Source: an uncultured Candidatus Rokubacteria bacterium (GTDB lineage Bacteria; Methylomirabilota; Methylomirabilia; Rokubacteriales; DASRDR01). From it: 64,000 nt of DNA. Below are positions 49,348 through 58,094 of this stretch, one piece after another (positions within the stretch are counted from its first letter, which is position 1; every line of letters begins with the position of its first letter). The position numbers and the translations under genes were made by a program. The DNA is taken from the NCBI GenBank assembly GCA_963708025.1, contig CAVPSB010000016.1, positions 288,001-352,000 of the forward strand, given 5' to 3'. The notes beneath the pieces are model-generated. The model made no database searches and was not told the DNA's origin. It saw only the letters and a list, made by a program, of their open reading frames with translations.

Positions 49348-50904
49348 TCAGGTGGCCGCCGCGACCGGGGCGGTGGGAGCCGGCGCCACCCGGTGCGGCG
49401 GTCGGCTCCGCTCCAGCACGGGAGATCGGTCGGCCCGCGGGACGAGGGCGGCGTACCGGCCGAGCAGCCGCTCGTACTCCCGGTGGTAGAACTCGGGCAG
49501 CACCGCCGTGTCGCCGTCGTGGAAGGCCCGGAATTGCGGGTCCTCGACGAGCATCGCGAGGATCCGGCGGAAGGCCCGCATCTCGTGACGCCTGGCGCCG
49601 GTCCGGACCGCGTGGACCAGCCGCGGCAGCAGGTGGCGGGTGGTCCTCAGGCGCCGGAAGAGCAGCCGGGCCGACGCGAGATGCTCGAACAGCTCGAGGA
49701 GCTTCCGGTAGTAGGTCTCGGCGCTGTAGTGCTTGAGCCGGGTCACCAGGTACGGCGCGTAGTAGAAGCTGAACGGCATCGAGGTCAGGATCCGCTCCTC
49801 GTCGAGGTACTGGTCGTAGAGCGGGGTGCCGCCGAACGGATGCGGGATGTTGATCGCCGGCCAGACGAACGGGGTGCGGGTCATGAACTCCTTGGTCAGC
49901 GTGACCGGCTCCTCGCCCGCGTCGACGTCGAGCCCGAACATGAAGTTCGCCTGGAGGTACGGCACGTGCTCGTGTAGGAGCTCGAACTGCTCCACCACCC
50001 GAGCGACCTTCTCGATCCCCGTCGCCTTGCCCACCCCGGCCTTGTTGGAATAGGCGCCCCAGGCCTCCACCCCCGGGACGACCGCGACGCACCCCGTCCG
50101 GCCCAGCCGCCGGACCCGCGGCTCGCGCAGCACGGTCAGTGACGTCTCGACGATGTAGGGGTTCCGCGGCCGCCCGGGCACCGCTTCGATCACGTCCAGC
50201 GTCTCGTCGAACTTCACCGCGAAGTTGGGATCGTGGTAGGCGACCAGGGAGCCGGGCAGGTGCCGGGCCACGTAGGCGAGGTCAGTCGCCAGCTGTTCGG
50301 TGGACAGGAGCCGGTACGGAGCGTTCCAGTCGATGCAGAAGTCGCAGTCGTACGGGCAGCCGATGCTGGCGAGGAGCGGGACCGTGGTGGCGAAGTACCG
50401 GCGTCCCGCCAGGAACGCGGAGGCGCGGATCTCGGGCATCCGCTCCTCGACCGTGGGCAGCTTCTCGAACGGCCGCGCGCTGGAGACCATCGAGCCGGGG
50501 TCGTGGGTCCCCTTCAGGATGTCGGCGATCAGCGATTCGTCGCACTCCTTCACCACGACGTCGAAGAAGCGCAGACAGTCCCGCGGGAACGACTTCGCGT
50601 GCGGTCCGCCGATGACGGTCCGTGTCCCCCGCTGCCGGTAGAGACGGGCGAGCGCGTACGCCAGCGCGCTGGCCTGCGTGTACGACGACAGGAAGACCAC
50701 GTCGAGGTCGTCGGGAAGCAGCTTCTCGGGCGCGCCGAGCCCGTAGTAGATGGCATAGAAGACGCGATGGCCCAGCCGTCGGGCCCAGGTCGCGATGGCC
50801 TGCGGCGTGACCGAGGCGTACTGCCGGACCATGAGGAGGTCGTACTCCGTCTCGAGCCAGCCCTGTGAGGGTGTGGCCAGCAGCTCGAGGATGCCGATGC
50901 GCAC
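49348..50904 (-). CDS. Radical SAM protein with N-terminal cobalamin-binding-like domain
   Basis: TVIGGPHA, GCPYDCDFC (CxxxCxxC), DPNF, FMFGLD, PFGGTPLY. Confidence 0.85.
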   Translation of the reverse strand: MRIGILELLATPSQGWLETEYDLLMVRQYASVTPQAIATWARRLGHRVFYAIYYGLGAPEKLLPDDLDVVFLSSYTQASALAYALARLYRQRGTRTVIGGPHAKSFPRDCLRFFDVVVKECDESLIADILKGTHDPGSMVSSARPFEKLPTVEERMPEIRASAFLAGRRYFATTVPLLASIGCPYDCDFCIDWNAPYRLLSTEQLATDLAYVARHLPGSLVAYHDPNFAVKFDETLDVIEAVPGRPRNPYIVETSLTVLREPRVRRLGRTGCVAVVPGVEAWGAYSNKAGVGKATGIEKVARVVEQFELLHEHVPYLQANFMFGLDVDAGEEPVTLTKEFMTRTPFVWPAINIPHPFGGTPLYDQYLDEERILTSMPFSFYYAPYLVTRLKHYSAETYYRKLLELFEHLASARLLFRRLRTTRHLLPRLVHAVRTGARRHEMRAFRRILAMLVEDPQFRAFHDGDTAVLPEFYHREYERLLGRYAALVPRADRSPVLERSRPPHRVAPAPTAPVAAAT

Positions 50905-50928
50905 CTGGACCTCGCCCGGGAGGCCGCG

Positions 50929-51035
50929 CTAGTGCCGTTCCAACTTGTTCCAGCTACTGCTTTCGAGGAATGCGGCAAGTCCGTGCTTCAAGAATCGCTT
51001 GCCCATTTGGGCCCAGGTAGTTGGAACGGCACTAG
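50929..51035. mobile_element. MITE, about 107 bp, perfect terminal inverted repeats with CTAG at both ends
   Basis: ctagtgccgttccaact ... agttggaacggcactag; interior visibly AT-richer than flanks; no ORF. Confidence 0.8.
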
Positions 51036-53245
51036 CGGGCGAGCGCGATCTCGACGAAGCAGGTGTTGAACGAAGCGGCGCCGGCCGGGGAGGCGCGATC
51101 CTCGGTGAGCACGTTCGCGCACCCGCGCGTATCCTGGCCACTCTCGTCCAGCGTGAACCACGCGCCCTCCTTGATGGAGACCACGCCGGGCGCGATGCGG
51201 TCGGTCACGCGGGCCGGGAGGACGGTCCGGCCCCGGTCGTTGAAGACGCACACCCGCTCGCCGTCGACGATGCCACGGGTGGCGGCGTCGTCCGGGTGGA
51301 TCCAGACGTCGTCGCGGTCGGCGCGGGCCAGGATCGGCTGGTTGTCGTGGATCGAGTGGGTCCGCGCCCGGGACTTCGGCGTGACGAGCCGCAGGGGATG
51401 GCGCGCGTCCGGCTCGTCCGGGATCCAGGTCGGAATGGGCGGGATCGGCCCCAGCCCGTAGGGATCCGGCTCGGCGGCCAGGCGCATCGAGTAGATCTCG
51501 ATCTTGCCCGACGGCGTCGAGAACGGGTGCCGCTCGGGGTCGCGGATCTGCCGGGCGAAGGCCACCGCGTCCTCGGGCGCCGGCAGCCGGGCCAGGCCCC
51601 GGGTCCGGAACGTCTCGAAGTCGTCGATCACGTCGCCGGTCAGCTCGCGCAGCCACGCCTCCTCGGTCTTGTCGTTGTAGCCCTCGAGGCCGAGCCGGCG
51701 CGCCAGCTCGCCGCAGATGTCGAGGTCGTTCCGGCATTCGCCCATGGGCTCGATGGCCTGCTGCATGAAGATGACGTAGTGCCCGGCGCCGGCCCACGGG
51801 GTGTGGACGTCGTTGCGCTCCCAGAACGTGGTGGCCGGCAGCAGGATGTCGGCGTACCGCGCCGTCGGCGTCACGAAGTGGTCGTGCGCCACCATGAATT
51901 CGAGGTGCTGGGCGGCGGCGATGGTCTTGTTGACGTTGGGGAGCTGGTTGAAGAGATCGCCGGCGGCCGAGTAGATCATCTTGATGTCGGCCGGGTAACC
52001 GCCCGCCTTCCCGCGCGTCAAGAGGTCGGCCAGGAGCGGGGAGGCCACCCGCGCGCCGGCCGGGTTCGGTCCCGCCGGCAGGCTCTTGATCCCGCAGCGG
52101 CCCGTCGCGCCGTTGCTGACGCCCGTGTTGCCGCCGGGGAGGCCGACGCTGCCCGTGATCGCGGTCAGCGCGTAGGCCGCCCGATGGAACTGCTCCCCGT
52201 GCAGGGTGCGCCCCGGCGCGTAGCCGCACTGCAGGGCGGCCGGCCTGGTGGTGGCGAGCTCGATCGCCAGGCGCCGGAGGGTGGCCGCGGGGAGGCCGGT
52301 GATCGCGGCCGCCCACGCCGGCGTCTTCGCCACGCCATCCGAGAGCCCGAGAAGATAGGAGCGGTACGACGCGCCCGCCGGCGCCCCCGGTGGCAGGTGC
52401 GCCTCGTCGAAGCCGAGGACGTGACGGTCCAGGAAAGCCTGGTCGTGGAGCCCCTCGGTCACGATGACGTGGGCCATCGCGATGAGGGCGGCGGCGTCCG
52501 TCGAGGGCCGGATGAAGACGTGCTCGTCGGCCAGCTCCCAGCTCGACCGCGTCCGGCGGGGATCCACGCAGACGATCCGCGCGCCGTGCTTCCTGGCCCA
52601 CTTCAGGTACTGGACCGTCCCGGTGCCGAAGGTCCCGTCGCCCGGGCTCCAGCCCCACATGACGATGAGCCGCGAGTTGACGTAGTCGGTCGGCTCCCGC
52701 CCCGCGCACTTGTAGTCCGCGGTGACACCGTAGGTCTGGCGCACGGCGAACACCTCGGCCTCGGCCGAGATGTTCGTCCACAGCTCCGTGCAGCCCCCGA
52801 ACATGTGGAGCAGCCGCTGAACGGTTGCCCGGCCGCCGTGGAGCATGGAGAGGCTGCCCGTCCGCGAGCAGTCGAGGATGGCGGCGGGCCCGTGGGCCTC
52901 GCGGATGCGCCGCATCTGGCGCGCCACCTCGTCCAGGGCCTCGTCCCAGCCGATCCGCTCAAACTGCCCGGAGCCGCGCGGTCCCGTCCGGCGCAGCGGA
53001 TGGAGGAGCCGGTCCGGATGGTTGACCCGCTCGAGCTGGCCGAAGCCCCGCACGCAGGCGTGGAGCGGGGGCATCTCGGGCGTCCACCGGCGGGGATCCG
53101 TGCTGATCTTGACGATGCGCCCGTCGGACACGTGCGCGTTGACCACGCACCGGCCTCCACAGTTGTGGCCGCACGTGCTCGTGACGACGGTCTCACCCGG
53201 CTTCGCCGCGACGCGCGGCGCCTCGTACAGGATGGACCTGAGCAT
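51032..53245 (-). CDS. Molybdopterin (bis-MGD) oxidoreductase catalytic subunit, DmsA-like, no Tat signal
   Basis: TCGHNCGGRC, DRLLHPLRR, WDEALD, VDPRRT, IRPSTDAA, YADILLP, TPSGKIE, RTHS, VFNDRG. Confidence 0.9.
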   Translation of the reverse strand: MLRSILYEAPRVAAKPGETVVTSTCGHNCGGRCVVNAHVSDGRIVKISTDPRRWTPEMPPLHACVRGFGQLERVNHPDRLLHPLRRTGPRGSGQFERIGWDEALDEVARQMRRIREAHGPAAILDCSRTGSLSMLHGGRATVQRLLHMFGGCTELWTNISAEAEVFAVRQTYGVTADYKCAGREPTDYVNSRLIVMWGWSPGDGTFGTGTVQYLKWARKHGARIVCVDPRRTRSSWELADEHVFIRPSTDAAALIAMAHVIVTEGLHDQAFLDRHVLGFDEAHLPPGAPAGASYRSYLLGLSDGVAKTPAWAAAITGLPAATLRRLAIELATTRPAALQCGYAPGRTLHGEQFHRAAYALTAITGSVGLPGGNTGVSNGATGRCGIKSLPAGPNPAGARVASPLLADLLTRGKAGGYPADIKMIYSAAGDLFNQLPNVNKTIAAAQHLEFMVAHDHFVTPTARYADILLPATTFWERNDVHTPWAGAGHYVIFMQQAIEPMGECRNDLDICGELARRLGLEGYNDKTEEAWLRELTGDVIDDFETFRTRGLARLPAPEDAVAFARQIRDPERHPFSTPSGKIEIYSMRLAAEPDPYGLGPIPPIPTWIPDEPDARHPLRLVTPKSRARTHSIHDNQPILARADRDDVWIHPDDAATRGIVDGERVCVFNDRGRTVLPARVTDRIAPGVVSIKEGAWFTLDESGQDTRGCANVLTEDRASPAGAASFNTCFVEIALAR

Positions 53246-53366
53246 GAGCGGCGTCAGGATAGCATAGCCGCGGCCCCCGGCAGGGAGATGGGCTGCCCCG
53301 CCGGCTTCTCGAACGGAGCGCGCTCGGGAGGCACGGGAACGCGACGGCCGTCGGGCGTGGGCCCCC

Positions 53367-53837
53367 TCAACGGCCCGGCGTGATCGCTCGCTCGAGGGCG
53401 ACGCTCGCCTCGTCGGCGAATTGCCCGAGCCGGCGGAGATCCTCTTCGTCGTAGCGGCGGCCGGCGCCGTCGAGGAGCCCCAGGGCTCCCTGGACGACGC
53501 CGCCCACCCGGAGCGGCGCGGCCGCCACGACGCGAAGCCCCTCACGCTCCAATCGGTCCCGCAGCCACGTGGCGATCGGGACCCGGGGGTCGGCCGGGAG
53601 ATCGGCCGACCACACCGGCCGGCCCTCGGCCACCGCGCGCCCGGCCATCCCGACCCCGGCGGGGAGCGTGCGGCCCAGCCAGCCTTCGGCGCCACCCTCG
53701 CCCGCCGACGCGATGCAGGTCAGGCCGTCCGCGCCCGCCTCCCGCCAGAAGAGGGCGGCTCGCCGCACCCCGAACCGCTCGCGCGCGGCGCTGGCGGCTC
53801 GCGCGGCCGCCGTCGCGAGATGAGGTGACGGACCCAT
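53367..53837 (-). CDS. Stand-alone GAF-domain protein
   Basis: GVGMAGRAVAEGRPV, AAPLRVGGVVQGAL, YDEEDLRRLGQFADEASVAL. Confidence 0.75.
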   Translation of the reverse strand: MGPSPHLATAAARAASAARERFGVRRAALFWREAGADGLTCIASAGEGGAEGWLGRTLPAGVGMAGRAVAEGRPVWSADLPADPRVPIATWLRDRLEREGLRVVAAAPLRVGGVVQGALGLLDGAGRRYDEEDLRRLGQFADEASVALERAITPGR

Positions 53838-53840
53838 CGG

Positions 53841-54067
53841 TTACGGGCTCGCGGCGCCGGCGTCGGGGCAGTGGCAGCCGTCCGGCACCGCGAAGCCGCG
53901 GGCCTCGCGCTGGGGCACGGCGCTGCGCGAGGGCCGGCCGTCGTGGACGATCCGTCCCCCGACCATGGTCAGGAGCATCTTCGCGTCCTTCACCTCGGTC
54001 GGCGAGGCGTCACCATCGCCCCGGCCGCCTTCAACAGCTCCCGCCGCGACCCGCTCGTCCGGCTCAT
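53841..54067 (-). pseudogene. Collapsed gene: Tat signal peptide joined to an amidohydrolase-3-like C-terminus
   Basis: AAGGAGG RBS + MSRTSGSRRELLKAAGAM, then out-of-frame PTEVKDAKMLLTMVGGRIVH. Confidence 0.55.
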
Positions 54068-54240
54068 GGCCCCTCCTTCTCCGCCCGCATCACCGCGCTG
54101 ACTGTCTTCTACGCCCGGGCCGGCGCCCCCGTCAATCACCCCGAGAGAAAGTAGCAGGCCGGGCGGACCGGTGAGACACTGAGATACCGTGCGGACGCGC
54201 CCGGAGGAGCGGGCGGCGGCCGACGAGTCAAGGAGGCCCG

Positions 54241-56994
54241 ATGCGCATCGACGACATCCACGGGGCCGGCCGCGGCCGGGTCCATTCCCGACTGCTCCTC
54301 CTGGTCACCCTGCTCCTGGTCGCCGCAGTGGCGACGGCCACCGCCCAGGCCCCGGCTCCGGCACCTCCCCGCCCGGGTCCGGCGCTGACCGCCGGGATCA
54401 GCGAGACCGTCCTGCCCAACGGGCTCCGGGTGCTGACCAAGGAGGTGCGCAGCGCGCCCGTCGTGAGCTTCAGCGTGTGGTACAAGGTGGGCTCCCGCAA
54501 CGAGCACACCGGGATCACCGGGGTGTCGCACCTCCTCGAGCACATGCTGTTCAAGGGCACCCAGCGGTACCGGGTCGGGGAGATCCCCCGGACCCTGTTC
54601 CTCAACGGCGCCGCCTTCAACGCCAGCACCTACTACGACTGGACCAACTACTACGCGACGGTCGCCTCCGACCGCCTCGAGCTGGCCATGCAGATCGAGG
54701 CCGATCGGATGGTGAACAGCCGGATCGACAAGGCCGACCTCGACTCGGAGATGACGGTCGTCCGCAGCGAGCTGGAGGGCGGGGAGAACAGCCCGGGCCG
54801 GCTCCTGTGGCAGGCGGTGACCGCCACCGCGTTCATGGCCCATCCCTACCAGTGGCCCGTGATCGGCTGGCGGAGCGACGTGGAGAACGTGCCCCGTGAA
54901 CTGCTCTACCGCTACTACAAGACCCACTACGGCCCCAACAACGCCACGGCGGTGATCGTCGGCGACTTCGACACCCGGAAGGCGCTCGAGCTGGTCCGCA
55001 AGCACTTCGGCGCGCTCAAGCCCATCCCGGCGCCGGCGCCCGTGTACACGGTCGAGCCGCCCCAGCGCGGCGATCGGCGGGTGACCGTGGAACGGTCCGG
55101 CTCGCTCCCGATGGTGATGGTGGCCTACAAGGCGCCGGCGGCCAACCACCCGGACGCCTACGGGCTCGACGTGCTGGCCATGGTGCTCGGCGAGGGTCGC
55201 ACCAGCCGGCTCTACCAGGGGCTGGTCGAGAAGCAGATCGCCTCCAGCGCGGACGCCGGCATCCCGAGCCTCCGCGACCCCTTCCTCTTCTACGTGAGCG
55301 CCACCGCCCGGCCCGGGGTCACCCCCGACAAGGTGGAGGCGGCGCTGCTGGACGAGGTGGAGCGGGTCAAGACGACGCCGATCACCGCCGACGAGCTCGG
55401 CCGGGCCAAGAGCCGGGTCGAGGCGGAGTTCGTGTTCCAGGCCGACAGCGTGACGTCCCAGGCCCGCCAGATCGGGTACTGGGCGATGGTGGACGACTGG
55501 CGCTACCTGACGACCTACGTGGACCGCATCCGGGCGCTCACGCCGGACGACGTCCAGCGGATGGCCCAGAAATACCTGGTGGCGGACGGGCGGACCGTCG
55601 GCCACTTCATCCCGACCGCCGGCGGCGCGCCGGCCGGGGCGCCGCCCAAAGAGGGCTCGGCGCGGGTCGAGAAGGCCAAGCGGGGCGAGCGGCAGATCCC
55701 GCTCCCGAGCCCCTCGAAGACCCGCCCGGCCAGCCGGCACGTCACCCGGTTCAGGCTGGCGAACGGCCTCTCGGTCGTGGTCCAGGAGAACCCGGCGAAC
55801 GCGACCTTCGCCCTCCGCAGCACCATCCCGGCCGGCGGCATCGTCGAGCCGCGGGACAAGCCCGGGGTCGCGTCCCTCACCGCGTCGATGCTGAGCCGGG
55901 GCACCGAGAAGCGGAACGCCCTCGAGTTCGCCACCGCCCTCGAGAACGTGGGGGCCAGCCTCGGCGCCAGCGCCAACGCGCTGGCCACGATGGTCACGGC
56001 CCGGGCCCAGAGCAAGGACTTCGACCTCGTGATGGACCTGCTGGCCGAGATGCTGCGGCAGCCGACGTTCCCGGCCGACGACCTGGAGCGGCTGAAGGGC
56101 CGGGTGCTGGCCGGCCTGGCCCAGGAGAAGACCGACCCGGACCGCCTCGCCGGCCGCGCGTTCGAGCGCGCCGTGTACCCGCCCGGCCACCCGCTCCGGC
56201 CGGAGACGCTGGAGCAGGCGCAGCAGGCGATCACGGCCACGACCCGCGACGACATCGAGCGCTTCTATCGCCAGCAGTACGGGCCGGACCGGATGATCCT
56301 CGTGATCGCCGGCGACGTGAAGGCCGACCGCGTCCGGCAGGCGCTCGAGGCGCGACTCGGGGTCTGGCCCCGCAACCCCGATTCCACGCCCCTCTCGACC
56401 CCGGACGTCCCCCTCCAGGACAAGGCCGAGCGGATCGCGATCCAGGTCCCCGACCGGAGCCAGACGGCGATCGTCTGGGGCCACGCGGGCGGCCTCCGGC
56501 GGAGCGACCCGGACTTCTACGCGACCCAGATCTTCAACCTGGTCCTCGGGGGAGCGGGCGCGCTCAACAGCCGGCTCGGCAACGTCATCCGGGACGACAT
56601 GGGCCTCGCCTACACCGTGTACAGCTTCTACGACGCCAACCTCTACCCCGGGCCGTTCGAGATCGTGCTGGGCACGAACCCCGCCAACGCCCAGAAGGCG
56701 ATCGACGCCATGCTGGCGGAGGCCAAGCGGATCCGGGACAAGGGCATCACCGAGCGCGAGCGTGCCGAGGCAGTGGCGTATCTGACCGGACGGTTCCCGC
56801 TCCGGCTCGAGACCAACGCCGGCGTGGCCGACATCCTGTGGACGATGGAGTTCTACACCCTCGGCCCCGACTACATCGACCGGTACGCCGACTACTACCG
56901 CGCCGTCACCGTCGCCCAGGTCAACGAGGCGGTCCGCCGGCACCTCCATCCCGATCGCGCCACCCTGGTGCTCGCCGGGACGCTGCCCGAGTAG
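54241..56994 (+). CDS. M16-family zinc protease (pitrilysin/PqqL-like, fused halves), exported
   Basis: LPNGL, VGSRNE, HLLEHMLFKG (HXXEH); second half LANGL..SRL..IRDDMGLAY. Confidence 0.92.
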   Translation: MRIDDIHGAGRGRVHSRLLLLVTLLLVAAVATATAQAPAPAPPRPGPALTAGISETVLPNGLRVLTKEVRSAPVVSFSVWYKVGSRNEHTGITGVSHLLEHMLFKGTQRYRVGEIPRTLFLNGAAFNASTYYDWTNYYATVASDRLELAMQIEADRMVNSRIDKADLDSEMTVVRSELEGGENSPGRLLWQAVTATAFMAHPYQWPVIGWRSDVENVPRELLYRYYKTHYGPNNATAVIVGDFDTRKALELVRKHFGALKPIPAPAPVYTVEPPQRGDRRVTVERSGSLPMVMVAYKAPAANHPDAYGLDVLAMVLGEGRTSRLYQGLVEKQIASSADAGIPSLRDPFLFYVSATARPGVTPDKVEAALLDEVERVKTTPITADELGRAKSRVEAEFVFQADSVTSQARQIGYWAMVDDWRYLTTYVDRIRALTPDDVQRMAQKYLVADGRTVGHFIPTAGGAPAGAPPKEGSARVEKAKRGERQIPLPSPSKTRPASRHVTRFRLANGLSVVVQENPANATFALRSTIPAGGIVEPRDKPGVASLTASMLSRGTEKRNALEFATALENVGASLGASANALATMVTARAQSKDFDLVMDLLAEMLRQPTFPADDLERLKGRVLAGLAQEKTDPDRLAGRAFERAVYPPGHPLRPETLEQAQQAITATTRDDIERFYRQQYGPDRMILVIAGDVKADRVRQALEARLGVWPRNPDSTPLSTPDVPLQDKAERIAIQVPDRSQTAIVWGHAGGLRRSDPDFYATQIFNLVLGGAGALNSRLGNVIRDDMGLAYTVYSFYDANLYPGPFEIVLGTNPANAQKAIDAMLAEAKRIRDKGITERERAEAVAYLTGRFPLRLETNAGVADILWTMEFYTLGPDYIDRYADYYRAVTVAQVNEAVRRHLHPDRATLVLAGTLPE

Positions 56995-57081
56995 CGGGCA
57001 GGGCCGATGAGCGTCGCATCGCGTCGTCTGCGGTCGGCGACTCCCTGCGTCCTAGCGCTGCTCGCTCCTCGGCCCTGCCCG
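56995..57081. repeat. Family 3 element, short copy C
   Basis: cgggcagggccga...tcggccctgcccg, directly after TAG 56994. Confidence 0.85.
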
Positions 57082-57123
57082 ACAGCGTGACTCACTATCA
57101 GGGTTTTGAGCGGCCCAAGCAGG

Positions 57124-57603
57124 CTAAGGGGTGACCGGGAAGAAGCGCCCGCGCCCGGTCGCCAGGAGCCGCTCCGATCCGAGCTCGACGAGCCGCGCCT
57201 CCACGTCGACGTAGCGGCCGTGATCGGCGACCAGCCGGCCGAGCCCGAGGAGCGGGGTGGCGATGGGCACCGGCTGGACGAAGCGGACCGTCAGCTCGCC
57301 GGTCACCGCGACGCGGCCCGTGGCCCGGACGACGGCGCCGGCCAAGACCTCGTCGAGGTAGGCGGCCACGATGCCGCCGTGGGCCACGCCGGGGGGTCCC
57401 GCGTATTCGGGCGCGATCACGATCGGCGCCGCCACCCCCTCCGCCGTCCGGAAGCACCGGACGCGGAGGCCGGCCGGATGCCCCGGTCCGCAGCCGAAAC
57501 AGCGGTGGAAGAGGTCCCCTGCCACCGGCTGCTCCTCGAGCGCCGCGAAGTAGGCGCCGAAGGCTTCGGGAATCCGGGCGGGCTCGGGCATTCCCCCTGC
57601 CAT
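57124..57603 (-). CDS. PaaI-family hotdog-fold thioesterase
   Basis: CFGCG, GPPGVAHGGIVAAYLDE, TGELTVRF..PVP. Confidence 0.88.
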   Translation of the reverse strand: MAGGMPEPARIPEAFGAYFAALEEQPVAGDLFHRCFGCGPGHPAGLRVRCFRTAEGVAAPIVIAPEYAGPPGVAHGGIVAAYLDEVLAGAVVRATGRVAVTGELTVRFVQPVPIATPLLGLGRLVADHGRYVDVEARLVELGSERLLATGRGRFFPVTP

Positions 57604-58094
57604 ACGCCGGTCAGGGACGGCTCGTCAAGGGCCGTCGCTCCGCCGGCCACCGGGGCCCACGATCGGCAGTCGGTCGTCGGGAAGGCTCGCCCCGCCGACA
57701 TGCTACGCTGCCGTCATGACACAGCGGTTCGCCATCGTACGTCCTCGGCACCGAGCCTGGTGGTCTTCCCGGGGCGGGTAGCCGGCGAAGGGCGGCCAGT
57801 ACGATGGAGAGCACTCGTACGAGGGCTCGCAATGTCTGGCGTCGATCACGCCCGACCTGGTCTCGGCCGGCGATCCGGAGCTCGCCCGGGAGGTGGCTCT
57901 GTCGATCACCAACCCGAGGATCCGGCGGAAGGCGCTGATCAGGATGGAGCGGGCCACCGGGGGGCGAGGACCGGCGGGAGGCGGCTCCCCCTCCTGACCC
58001 CCGGCCGGCAGGCGTCAGAGGGGGCTGCACGGCAAACTGGCCGATCGCGAACGTTGCGTCCCGGTCCTCAGTGGTCTACCCTTCCCCTTTGAGT

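Noticed and set aside
57611-58070. Short ORFs between the thioesterase and the substrate-binding protein
   Set aside because: No recognisable motif, RBS or coding pattern; treated as divergent intergenic DNA.
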